Source: Gammaproteobacteria bacterium (GTDB lineage: Bacteria > Pseudomonadota > Gammaproteobacteria > Eutrophobiales > Eutrophobiaceae). From it: a stretch of 64,000 nucleotides of DNA. The notes under the pieces were generated by a model. It had not been told where the DNA came from and made no database searches. It saw nothing but the letters and a program-made list of their open reading frames with translations. The first letter of the stretch is position 1, and every line of letters starts with the position of its first letter. The position numbers were made by a program, and so were the translations under genes. Location of the stretch: contig OZ250183.1 of assembly GCA_965238225.1 (NCBI GenBank), forward strand, positions 1,152,001 to 1,216,000, given 5' to 3'. Of the stretch, positions 14,258 to 25,000 are shown one piece after another.

Positions 14258-15268
14258 TTATTTTCTATGGCATGGCTCGGCAGTTTCAATTTCTTGTGCT
14301 ACAGAGGTACCAATAACAATAGGTATCCCTTTGGCTTGATGCAAAACTATCTTTGCCATATCCCAATCAATAAGATATTCATCCTCCTTGGTCGATGTGA
14401 TTACCGCCTTCATAAACTGCATAAAATCTTTGTTCTCATAATCTCTGATCGCATTGATGACATTTCCATATTCATCTTTTTCAACAGCGCTTAATGGTTT
14501 GTGCGCCTCAAGGTATAACATGCCATCGGCTGCGCCTATTTTATAAGGATGATTAATGATATTTACAGATGTCCCTACCTGAACTTTGTTAAATAATTCT
14601 GCAATATCTTCAGGATATAATCTAATGCACCCGTGGCTCACACGCATACCAATCCCCCACGGCTTATTAGTTCCGTGAATGAGATACGCTGGCAACCCGA
14701 GTCTCAAGGCATAATCACCCAAGGGGTTATCAGACCCTGCTTTAACAATTGCAGGCAAAGGATCGCCTGCATCTTCATGTTCTTGACGTATCGATTTTGG
14801 TGGGTGCCAATCAGGATGTTTTTTCTTTCCTGTAATACGCGTTTTTTTATAAGGGGTTGCCCAACCCTCCTTGCCAACACCCAATGGATAGGTAAACACC
14901 TCAGTAGGCGCTCCTTCTTTAACAGCAGGAAAATAATACATGCGCATTTCAGGGATATTTAAAACAACCCCCTGCCTTGGCACATTAGGTAATATAAATC
15001 TAGAGGGTAATTGAACGACTTCGCCATCTTCTAGCATCCATGTATCAATGTCTGGATTCAATGATTTTAAATCATGATACCCAAAGCCATATTTTCTAGC
15101 AATATCAAGCAGTGTACTCTCTTTATTCACAACAATTGAATCGAGTTCGCCGATAATCTCGCCTGTGCTTTCTTTGAGTTCATAGTTTGTTGCATGCGCA
15201 TAGCTTGCTAAAAAACTATGTATGAATATAAATAAAAATATAGGCAAAATTGGAAATTGGAAATTCAT
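14258..15268 (-). CDS. L,D-transpeptidase (ErfK/YbiS/YcfS family) with LysM-like domain
   Basis: LIHGTNKPWGIGMRVSHGCIRL catalytic motif; convergent with the Lpp-like gene. Confidence 0.93.
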   Translation of the reverse strand: MNFQFPILPIFLFIFIHSFLASYAHATNYELKESTGEIIGELDSIVVNKESTLLDIARKYGFGYHDLKSLNPDIDTWMLEDGEVVQLPSRFILPNVPRQGVVLNIPEMRMYYFPAVKEGAPTEVFTYPLGVGKEGWATPYKKTRITGKKKHPDWHPPKSIRQEHEDAGDPLPAIVKAGSDNPLGDYALRLGLPAYLIHGTNKPWGIGMRVSHGCIRLYPEDIAELFNKVQVGTSVNIINHPYKIGAADGMLYLEAHKPLSAVEKDEYGNVINAIRDYENKDFMQFMKAVITSTKEDEYLIDWDMAKIVLHQAKGIPIVIGTSVAQEIETAEPCHRK

Positions 15269-15568
15269 TGCCTTAGTTTTAAATTTTTAAGTCTAATTAT
15301 CATCTATTATCTTCTTGTATACCTTTTTACTGCAACAATGGTTTGCCAAATCAATGCTGAAAGAACGACTAGAATCATCAAAATCATAAGAACATAGCGT
15401 CATTTTTTATAGCCTTTAATCGTGTGCCGAATACATTTAATGAAAAATGAACAGATGGGCAGATGTTTGTATATTCTGTTGTCTGTAATATTACAATGAA
15501 ATGTCTTTAAACCCGCAGTATTTACCCTTAGATAAATAAAATAATGTCTTATTTCTCAAACAGTCTGA

Positions 15569-16086
15569 CTATCTCTCAAATAATCTGGGCATTAATTCAA
15601 CTAGATTACAAGGTCTCGTACGGCAGTCTAGCTACTGGCTTATCAGATCGTCCCATGCAGTTTTACAGGCGTTTTTGAACCCGGGCAGGCCAAAAAGATA
15701 TACTGCCATTTAAAACACCTGCAATCGCACGAGACTATATCGTTGATGTGCCAATCTGTTTGTAGGAAACGGTGCGAAATGTTTCGCCAAAATCGTCAAT
15801 GACTTTATCTAACAAAACTGCAACTGCCTCTGGCGTGCCATCACGCCCAGTGATGCCGGTGCTTAATATCACTTGTATATCATCGTCAATACACCAATTT
15901 GAAATAACAGCTCTAATCTGAAATTTATCATCAGCAACGATTTGCTTATAGATAAGATGGTGTCCGGTGTCTTTTAGGCTTTTAACCAGCAATTTCCCGG
16001 ATGTGTCGCAAGCTTCAGTGCGCGTATCCGAAACAGTTAACCGCGATGCCTAGCGGCATAAAATCTCTTGTATTGTCTGCGGTCAT
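15569..16086 (-). pseudogene. moaB: Molybdenum cofactor biosynthesis protein MoaB, pseudogene
   Basis: MTADNTRDFMPLGIAV /frameshift/ LTVSDTRT...DTSG...; STG-ITGRDGTPEA has lost the GGTG motif; in-frame stop in GTSTI*SRA; more lesions before TRPCNLVELMPRL. Confidence 0.9.
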
Positions 16087-16173
16087 CTACAATTCTCTAC
16101 AAGACACAATAGGCGAAAATTATACCTAATTAAAGCAAAATAGAGAGCATATAAAAGAGGTATGCATGAATAT

Positions 16174-16785
16174 TCAAGAAATGGGTTTACCCCATGTGCC
16201 ATCAAAAAACTGTTCAGTAAGTGGATTTCTTTGCCGTTTAGAAGATTCTCGTTGCATCAATTCACCAGTAATTTCATTTTCTGGCAATTGATAGCCTACA
16301 GCCATCATCGCCATTACGGTGTATTGTTCTGGTATTTTAAATACTTGCGCTGCCTTTTCAGCATTAAACCCGCCCATTTGATGCACCATTAAGCCCAAAG
16401 CAGTTGCTTGCACGCACAGACTCATGCTTGCGGCGCCTGTGTCGTATTGCGCCCAACGATTGGCTTTTTCATTATGACTAAACAGCGTATTTGCCAAAGC
16501 AAGGATAAGCACAGGCACATTCACGACCCAAGACTGATTGCCTTCTGACAGGCAGGAAAGGGCATTGTCCCATGCAGCTTCATTCGTGGATTTATCACAA
16601 ACAATATATCGCCAAGGCTCGTCCCCAAAACAGGAAGGCGCCCATCTCGACGCTTCTAAAAGAGAAATAATATCTTTTTGTGTAACCTTTTTATTTACAT
16701 CATAAGCCCTGCCGCTCCAGCGGCTAGCGATTAATTTATCTACCTTTTCTTGTGTGTCTATTTTCTTATAAAACATATCTTGCAT
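16174..16785 (-). CDS. Nitroreductase family protein
   Basis: SRWSGRAY, WAPSCFGDEPWRY, YDTGAA, HQMGGF. Confidence 0.92.
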   Translation of the reverse strand: MQDMFYKKIDTQEKVDKLIASRWSGRAYDVNKKVTQKDIISLLEASRWAPSCFGDEPWRYIVCDKSTNEAAWDNALSCLSEGNQSWVVNVPVLILALANTLFSHNEKANRWAQYDTGAASMSLCVQATALGLMVHQMGGFNAEKAAQVFKIPEQYTVMAMMAVGYQLPENEITGELMQRESSKRQRNPLTEQFFDGTWGKPIS

Positions 16786-16795
16786 TCTTAAAAAT

Positions 16796-17713
16796 CTATT
16801 TCAACAAAAACTCTAAAATACCTTTCTCAAGCATTGACAGATTAAAAATATAGTCATTGTGATCAAAAGTCTCTCGGAGAGGATTTATAGTATCTTTCCA
16901 ACCCATACCGTCAGTAATCCAGAAAAATTTAAATTTTTGACTTAGATTATCTGATAAATTGCGATATTCTGCAGCTGTTGATTTTAATTTTGATCCTCCG
17001 CCACCATAAAAATTGACTTCTATAATAAAGAGTTCTTTTCCGTTATCAATCACAAAATCGTATTTGCGAGACGATTTATCAACTGGCACATTATATTTAA
17101 GCTCTTCTTTGATTTTTTTGGCATTAGCTTTCTCCAAATATCTAAAATTATTTTTCTTACAAACATCTTCAATGAATACTTTTACAATATCTTCCATTGC
17201 ACACCCGCTTCGATTTTTTCGCCCGTGGCTATCAAGTCCTGCTTCAATACCAATCATGTAATCAACTAAATTTTTGATTCTTTTGTCCGTAAACAATTTT
17301 TTTAGCCCTGTCTTGGTAACAAACTCCAAATATATTTCCATGTCATCATCAGAAATATCTTCTTTAGAAAAGTCATAATTTTCATAAACGAGAGATTTAT
17401 TCTGGTAATCAACGAGAATATTAAATTCTTTAGTATTCTTTCCATCCCTTACAGCCAAAGCTGGAATAATTTTTGCGATATTTGGGTTCTCTTTAAGCAA
17501 AAATTTAAACGCATCATTAAAATTATCTTTGCCGATTAGATAATTAAGATTATTTAAAGCAAGATCAATCTTATCTGTATTAGCAAAAACTTTTGTCCAA
17601 TTTACAAAATAAGACCACATTACATTGCTTGGTTTTAATCTTGAAATAAAAAAATCAAAAACTTGATCTTCTGTATCACAGTTTATTGTTTTATAAAAAC
17701 ATAATTTCTTCAT
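16796..17713 (-). CDS. Type II restriction endonuclease, DpnII/MboI family (probably GATC)
   Basis: GIEAGLDSHGRKNRSG, YDFVI...IEVNFYGGGGSKL, WITDGMGW. Confidence 0.88.
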   Translation of the reverse strand: MKKLCFYKTINCDTEDQVFDFFISRLKPSNVMWSYFVNWTKVFANTDKIDLALNNLNYLIGKDNFNDAFKFLLKENPNIAKIIPALAVRDGKNTKEFNILVDYQNKSLVYENYDFSKEDISDDDMEIYLEFVTKTGLKKLFTDKRIKNLVDYMIGIEAGLDSHGRKNRSGCAMEDIVKVFIEDVCKKNNFRYLEKANAKKIKEELKYNVPVDKSSRKYDFVIDNGKELFIIEVNFYGGGGSKLKSTAAEYRNLSDNLSQKFKFFWITDGMGWKDTINPLRETFDHNDYIFNLSMLEKGILEFLLK

Positions 17714-17716
17714 AAA

Positions 17717-18508
17717 TTATTTTTTATTTTTTAACTCCTCAAATCTTTTAATTGATAAATCAAGATATTTTTTATTAATATCAATACCTATAAATTTACG
17801 ATCATACATTTTTGCAGCAATGCCTGTTGTAGAACTGCCAGTAAAAGGATCAAGGATTAAATCTTTTTTATTTGTGGAAGCCAGAACTATACGGCGCAAA
17901 AGGTCTAAAGATTTTTGTGTTGGATGTTTGCCAAAAGTTTTTTCTTCACGCTTTGGTGTGTTAATTGACCAAACAGAACGCATCTGTTTATTAGATTTTT
18001 TCATTAAATCTTCAGGCCATTTGCTATTTTTCATGATGTCATAATTAAAAATATGTTTTTTCTTTTTATCTTTTCGTGCCCAAATAATAGTTTCATGGCT
18101 TGCTGTAAAATAACGACAGCTTAAGTTTGGAGAGGCATTGGGTTTAAACCATGCAATATCATTTAAAATATGAAAATTACTTGACTGTAAAGCAAAACCA
18201 CATTGGTAAATAGAATGATATGTTCCGCTAACCCAAATTGTCCCATGCGGTTTAAGCACACGATGACATTCTTCTATCCATGCAAGATGAAACTCAAAAT
18301 CTCTTTTAAGTCCCTTGCTTTTATCCCAACCACCCTTATTAACACTAACTCGCTTGCCTGCGTGAACGCTAAAGCCATCATTTGAAAGATTATACGGAGG
18401 GTCTGCAAAAATCATATCAATAGAATTTTCAGAAATTTCTTTAAGTAATTCTAATGAATCCCCCTGATACAGCTTAAAATTTCTTTTATTATAAAATAGT
18501 TTTCGCAT
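17717..18508 (-). CDS. Site-specific DNA N6-adenine methyltransferase, beta class (DpnA/M2.MboI-like)
   Basis: FADPPYNLS, HPTQK, LDPFTGSSTTG; the ORF track extends to 18544 but ATG 18508 is more likely. Confidence 0.92.
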   Translation of the reverse strand: MRKLFYNKRNFKLYQGDSLELLKEISENSIDMIFADPPYNLSNDGFSVHAGKRVSVNKGGWDKSKGLKRDFEFHLAWIEECHRVLKPHGTIWVSGTYHSIYQCGFALQSSNFHILNDIAWFKPNASPNLSCRYFTASHETIIWARKDKKKKHIFNYDIMKNSKWPEDLMKKSNKQMRSVWSINTPKREEKTFGKHPTQKSLDLLRRIVLASTNKKDLILDPFTGSSTTGIAAKMYDRKFIGIDINKKYLDLSIKRFEELKNKK

Positions 18509-18711
18509 ATATTTTTTATCAACTCGTCGAGTATTTTCAAGCACTTTGAATTTAAGCTACTAAAGAATTCCATCTTTATTTTTTTCTTTAGTGTGCGGCG
18601 CAATCATTTTCCGTCATTTTCAATGATCGCGCCATAAATTAATTTCATAGCTTTCTTAGGCTAGCATTATAAATCAATTCTGATTCAAATATTGATTTCT
18701 AAATTTACCGT

Positions 18712-19280
18712 TTATAAACTATCAATAAATTTATCTCGTGCGTCATTAGCTTCACTAAAAAGCGTGCGCCTACCGCTCATTGAAGCAGGCAATCTGCTAA
18801 TCAATAGGCAAATTGACATCAAAAGAGTTTGTCCGTTGGCTCCCTCAATCTGTGAATTTCCCCACGAAAAAATATTAAAAAAGAGGGGGCTGTGCCTGTA
18901 CAGCTCCAAACTGCCAGTATTACTCACTGCTGCTACCAATTTAACCCCGCTTTACTACTACACCAAGTCTCATGGGCGCATCCAGCGTGGGATGCCAGCC
19001 CCGATACAATTGCAAGATTTTGTCTTAAACATTGCCGCCTTTCCACTTCTAATTAAAGTTCCACTACAAATATAATATTGATATAATCTGCCTGCCATTG
19101 TACCTAGATCGGACGCTGGCGCTATGGAGATGGCTATGTGGAATTTATTAGGCACACGTACTTTGATGTTTTGATATGGGACTTTAACATGAGGCAGTTT
19201 TAAATCTGACTTAATGACAGATATCAATGCTAATTTTAAGTCCCAGAGCAATGTAATAATTGGAAGAATATCCTCCCCTA
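18712..19280 (-). pseudogene. dprA: Probable decayed dprA/smf remnant
   Basis: Frame-hopping translation gives QNLAIVSGLA...H (DprA IVSGLARGID..AH) followed by VAAVSNTG...Y; many stops and frameshifts. Confidence 0.4.
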
Positions 19281-19526
19281 GATCGTGCTCAAACTGTTTC
19301 AGTTGACCTAAAACAGTAAATTACACTTAAGGATCGTTATTTGCAGGAACAACTATTAATACGCCATCTATGCTGTACGTATAAAGTTATCCATGTATAT
19401 TAAATGGATACAAAATATAGATAGCCTTGGCAGGTTAATTGAATAATCAGAGATTAATTATCAAATTATTAACAGCATGACTGACTTAAACTTAATATAT
19501 AAATATCATTTTATTCTTTTTATTTA

Positions 19527-21179
19527 ATGAGCACTACATTTATGAATCAAAAAATAATTGACAAATCAATTGATAATTTAGTTACAACCAAAGATATGAA
19601 AAATATTCTCGTTGCAGATAAGATTGCAGACGAAGCAATAAATTACTTAAAAGAACAAAATAACTTTAACGTTGTATGTCAGGCAGGGTTAAGCGAAACT
19701 GAACTGTGTAAAGAAATACCTAAATACCATGGAATTATCATTCGTAGCGCTACAAAGCTGACTCGCGATATTCTCCAATATGCCAAGAATCTTGAGGTAA
19801 TTGGTCGCGCAGGAATTGGTGTTGATAATATCGATATTGATTCAGCAACAGAGTTCGGTATTGTCATCCTTAATACTCCTGATGCTAATGCAACAACCAC
19901 TGCTGAACTCGCTATTGCACATATTTTTTCACTTAGCCGCAACCTACCGCTTGCTGATCTTTCCGTAAAATCTGGCGAATGGAAACGTTCTGCATTTATC
20001 GGAACAGAATTAAGAGGAAAATTATTAGGAATAATCGGTTATGGTACTATTGGTCGTATCGTATCTGAACGCGCTATTGGTCTAAAAATGAAGGTATGTG
20101 TTTACGATCCTTTTGTCACTCAGGAAGTTTTCGAGGAAAATGCTGTAATTGCACTACCTTTGGATGAGTTAGTAGAGAAGGCAGACTATATTACATTGCA
20201 TTGCCCGATTAATGATAATACACGAAACGTAATCAGCGCTGAACGCATTGCTAACATGAAGCCAGGAACACATCTTATTAATTGTGCCAGAGGCGGACTT
20301 GTTGACGAAACCGCTTTATATGATGCGCTCAATACTGGAAGTCTTGCAGGTGCTGCATTAGATGTTTTTGAAAATGAGCCTCCAGTAAATTCACCATTGC
20401 TAAAATTAGCAAATGTCGTATTTACTCCTCATCTTGGTGCTTCAACCCATGAAGCGCAAATTGTTGCTGGTGTGGAGATTGCACAGCAAGTTAGCACTTA
20501 TCTGGAAACAAAAGAACCGGTTAATGCCATCAATCTTCCGTCTATTTCAACTGAAGATTTGAAAAAACTACAACCCTATAATACATTGGCCAATCGACTG
20601 GGTCGATTGATTGCCTCATTTGTGAATGAACCTATCTCTGAAGTAGAGGTAACACTCTCTGGCGAAAACTGTGATCTTGATGTAAGACCTGTAGCTATTG
20701 AAGTATTAGTAGGTCTTTTAAGTAAAAAGCTCTCTGGTTCTATTAATCGAGTCAACGCTGCCCAGATTGCTAAGAGGCAAGGTATTCATTTAATTGAATC
20801 TCGCTCGGGAGAGTCACCTAATTATCACAGCGTACTTTCTGTAAAAGTGAATCATGGTGACAGTCAATTATCTCTAGCAGGAACATTTTTTAGAGATCAT
20901 AACCCCAGACTCGTATTTATTAATGATTATGAAATTGAGACTGTATTAGATGGACACTTGTTATTCACTTATCATAAAGACAAGCCAGGCGTAGTCGCAA
21001 CACTAGGAACTATCTTAGCTAATGCTGATATTAATATTATTCGCATGCAGCTTGGTATAGCACCTAACACTGATATAGCCATCGCTGTTTTAGAGGTGTC
21101 AGAAACTATAAATGATAACATTTTGCAAAAGATCAATAACATTGAAGAAGTCTATAAAGCTCTGCAATTATCATTATGA
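19527..21179 (+). CDS. serA: D-3-phosphoglycerate dehydrogenase, long (type I) form with ASB and ACT domains; start possibly 19596
   Basis: GRAGIGVDNID, GIIGYGTIG, NCARGGLVDE, TPHLGAST, C-terminal HKDKPGVV ACT domain. Confidence 0.95.
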   Translation: MSTTFMNQKIIDKSIDNLVTTKDMKNILVADKIADEAINYLKEQNNFNVVCQAGLSETELCKEIPKYHGIIIRSATKLTRDILQYAKNLEVIGRAGIGVDNIDIDSATEFGIVILNTPDANATTTAELAIAHIFSLSRNLPLADLSVKSGEWKRSAFIGTELRGKLLGIIGYGTIGRIVSERAIGLKMKVCVYDPFVTQEVFEENAVIALPLDELVEKADYITLHCPINDNTRNVISAERIANMKPGTHLINCARGGLVDETALYDALNTGSLAGAALDVFENEPPVNSPLLKLANVVFTPHLGASTHEAQIVAGVEIAQQVSTYLETKEPVNAINLPSISTEDLKKLQPYNTLANRLGRLIASFVNEPISEVEVTLSGENCDLDVRPVAIEVLVGLLSKKLSGSINRVNAAQIAKRQGIHLIESRSGESPNYHSVLSVKVNHGDSQLSLAGTFFRDHNPRLVFINDYEIETVLDGHLLFTYHKDKPGVVATLGTILANADINIIRMQLGIAPNTDIAIAVLEVSETINDNILQKINNIEEVYKALQLSL

Positions 21180-21859
21180 ACATAATCTCTTCATACGATC
21201 TTATCTTATTTGACTGTGATAGCACTCTCACTATCATTGAGGGTATTGATGAGCTTGCAAAAAAAATGGGGTTAGCAAAAAAAATTACTGAATTAACAAA
21301 TGCTGCAATGAATGGTGACCTTCCATTACATGAAGTATATTCAAAACGGCTAAATCTTATAAAGCCAGATAGATTCTCAATTAAATGGTTAGGTCAACAC
21401 TATATTGACAACATTATTGAGGATGCTGCTTCTGTTATATCCATACTGCAAGCACATGGAAAAGAAATACATATTGTCAGCGGCGGTATCCTGCAAGCCA
21501 TTCAACAATTAGGAGAAAGCCTCAAAATTCCTCAAAAAAATATCCATGCCATTGATGTGTATTTTGATAATTTTGGAAATTATGATGGTTTCGATGAAGC
21601 ATCGCCTTTGTGTCAACAAAATGGTAAAGCATTAATCTGCCAAAAATTAATGTCTGTTAAAGGCTCAGCAATCATGATAGGTGATGGAGCAACCGACCTT
21701 GAAGTTTCCAAGGTAGGCGCTACTGTTATTGGTTTTGGAGGAATAATCCATAGAACACTCGTCGAACAAAATGCTGATTACTACATAAAAGAAAATAAAT
21801 TAACACCTGTGCTTGATCTGTGTCTAGCAAATGATAAAAGTCAAACGAAATGTAACTAA
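21176..21859 (+). CDS. serB: HAD-IB phosphoserine phosphatase
   Basis: FDCDSTL...EGIDELA, VSGG, GDGATDLE; ATGA overlap with serA. Confidence 0.88.
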   Translation: MNIISSYDLILFDCDSTLTIIEGIDELAKKMGLAKKITELTNAAMNGDLPLHEVYSKRLNLIKPDRFSIKWLGQHYIDNIIEDAASVISILQAHGKEIHIVSGGILQAIQQLGESLKIPQKNIHAIDVYFDNFGNYDGFDEASPLCQQNGKALICQKLMSVKGSAIMIGDGATDLEVSKVGATVIGFGGIIHRTLVEQNADYYIKENKLTPVLDLCLANDKSQTKCN

Positions 21860-21954
21860 CTAAATTTTTAAGATGTTAATAAATCTTAGCGGTGACACCC
21901 CTAAAAGATTTGGCTGTATGACGACGAATGTAGAATTAGAGGTTAATAAATAAT

Positions 21955-21982
21955 ATAAAGGGATCTACATAGATCCCTTTAT
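21955..21982. terminator. Bidirectional terminator between serB and the RTX gene
   Basis: ATAAAGGGATCT-ACAT-AGATCCCTTTAT perfect 12-bp inverted repeat. Confidence 0.8.
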
Positions 21983-22038
21983 TGTTATTGTCTTAAACTT
22001 AAACCTTTATTTCACTTAAATCTAGCGTGATTAAGCTA

Positions 22039-25000
22039 TTAGGCAGTTTGCCATGTTTCAGTCAATACTGTTTGCAAGCTATCAGCAACATCTTGTGCTA
22101 TGACATTACCTGCACCAAGTGGTACATCATAAGCTGCCATGGCATTGACTAATTTGTGGACATCATCTTGTAGTAACACTGATGAACCAACTTGGAAACT
22201 ATCTAGTTTGTAGTCATTAATCTCACTGTAATCAGGGGGCCACCGGATTTCAGTTTCTACAATTTTTCTACTTCTCGTTTCGTACCAACCGATCACTGTC
22301 GCTTGATCATCGGTTCCAGCGACGGTGATTAGTAAGTCTTTATCACTACGACTAAACCACAAGTCTTCTACTGATACATTGTCAAATTGTAATATATCAT
22401 TACTCGTTGAGTAGTCCGTATCATAATTATAAATGCTTGCATTACCGTCACCTAAAGAAAACAGATAAGTATCGTTACCGTCATCTCCGTACAGGGAATC
22501 GTCACCAGAGCCACCGCTTAGTACATCATCGCCGCTTTGTCCGTACAGGGAATCGTCACCAGAGCCACCGCTTAGTACATCATCGCCGTTTTGTCCGTAC
22601 AGGGTATCGTCACCGTCACCTCCAAACAAGTAATCCTTACCGTCACCTCCGCTTAAGACATCGTCACCATTGCTTCCATGCAAGGTATCGTTACCAGCAC
22701 CTCCGCGCAAATAATCGTCACCATTATCGCCATTTAAGTAATCGTTACCGTTACCGCCATTTAAGTTATCGTTACCGTTAAATCCGTATAGGGTATCTGT
22801 GCCGTTACCGCCATTTAAGTTATCGTTGCCGTTAACTCCGTATAGGGTATCGTTACCGTCACCGCCATTTAAGTAATCGTTGCCGTTACCGCCATTTAAG
22901 TTATCGTTACCGTCACCGCCGTATAGGGTATCGTTATTGTTTTGTCCATACAGGGTATCATTGCCGTTTTGTCCATACAGGGTATCGTAGCCGTCACCGC
23001 CGTATAGGGTATCGTCACCGTTATCGCCGTTTAAGTTATCGTTATCGTTACCACCGTCTAAGATATCGTTATGGTCACCGCCGTATAGGGTATCATCGCC
23101 GTTTTGTCCGTACAGGGTATCGTAACCTGCACCACCACTTAGTACATCATCGCCGTTTTGTCCATATAAGTAATCGGTATCGGCACCTCCGTACAAATAA
23201 TCGTCACCGTCACCGCCGTCTAAGGTATCGTTATGGTCACCGCCGTATAGGGTATCTGTACCGTTTTGTCCGTACAGGGTATCGTAACCTGCACCACCAC
23301 TTAGTACATCATCGCCGTTTTGTCCGTACAGGGTATCGTCACCGTTATCGCCGTTTAAGTTATCGTTATCGTTACCACCGTCTAAGATATCGTTATGGTC
23401 ACCGCCGTATAGGGTATCATCGCCGTTTTGTCCGTACAGCTTATCGTTACCACCAAGACCTTCTATTCGATCATTACCACTACCACCATTGAGAGTGTTG
23501 TCCGTATCATCGCCTATCAATAATCTAGCACCATCAGCAAACTCAATTTGGTCTAATCGGTTATCATCACTTAGGAAGTGATTATAAATCGTTATGGTTT
23601 CTGTTGTGTTATTAGTACCACTTACTTGTAATAGAAGATGATTATCTACGCGAGTTGTTTGAACATCCGTGGTAGCAATGCCTTGTCCAAGTTGCAAGGT
23701 ATCTGTGCTGTTGCTTGTATCAAGGTTGTAAATGGTTGTATCACCGTCACCCAAAGAAAACAGATAAGTATCGTTACCGCTACCTCCGTGCAGGGTATCG
23801 TCACCAGCACTTCCCCACAAGTAATCGTCACCACTACCTCCGTGCAGGGTATCGTTGCCGTCACCTCCGTGCAGGGTATCGTTACCGCTACCTCCCCACA
23901 AGATATCGTTACCAGCAAGACCTTCCAGCAGATCATTACCATCACCACCATTGAGAATGTCATCGTTCTCAGAACCTCTTAACAAGGTTGTTGGCAATGT
24001 CCATACAGTACCGTCAGCAAACTCAACTTGGTCTAATCGGTAATCATCCCTAAAGTGATCGTAAATCGTTATAGTTTCTGTTGTGTTATTAGTGCTACTT
24101 ACTTGTAATAGAAGATGATTATCTACACGAGTTGTTTGAACATCTGTGGTAGCAATGCCTTGTCCAAGTTGCAAGGTATCCGTGCTGTTGCTTGTATCAT
24201 AATTATAAATGGTTGTATTGCCATCACCTAGAGAAAATAGATAAGTATCGTCACCCTTATCTCCAACTAAGACATCCGTACCTGCACCGCCGCTTAAGAC
24301 ATCGTCACCGTCACCTCCAAACAAGGTATCCGTACCAGAACCTCCGTACAGGGTATCGTTACCATTATCGCCAGCTAAGGTATCGTTACCGTTTTGTCCG
24401 TACAGCTTATCGTTACCGTCTTGTCCATACAATCTATCGTTACCACCAAGACCTTCTAATCGATCATTACCATCGCCACCATTGAGAGTGTTGTCCGTAT
24501 CGTCGCCTATCAGTAATCTAGCACCATCAGCAAACTCAATTTGGTCTAATTGGTGAAAATCATTCCAGAAGTGATCGTAAATCCTTATAGTTTCTATCGT
24601 GTTATCAGCGCCACTTACTTGTAATAGAAGATGCTTACCTACGCGAGTTGCCCGAATATCCGCGGTGGTAATACCTGCTCCAAATTGCAAGGTATCTGTG
24701 CTTACGCTTGTATCGGCATTATGAATGGTTGTATTACCGTCGCCTTGAGAGAACAGATAAGTATCGTTGCCGGCACCTCCGTGCAGGGTATCGTAACCTG
24801 TACCACCGCTTAGTACATCATCGCCGCTTTGTCCGTACAGGGCATCGTTGCCGTCACCTCCGTACAGGGTATCGTTACCGTCACCTCCAATCAAATGATC
24901 ACGACCTTCATGTCCATACAAGGTATCGTTACCGTAATTTCCATTTAACTGATCATTACCACTACCGCCATTGAGAACGTTATCCGTATCGTCGCCTATC

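Noticed and set aside
13690-15268. Alanine-zipper lipoprotein with an L,D-transpeptidase
   Set aside because: Known Lpp/OprI peptidoglycan-anchoring pairing.
18560-18650. Minus-strand MKLIYGAIIENDGK* resembling a NUDIX N-terminus
   Set aside because: Too short and no Nudix box recoverable.
18692-19075. 127-aa plus-strand ORF
   Set aside because: No recognisable motif; probably the antisense shadow of the decayed minus-strand gene.
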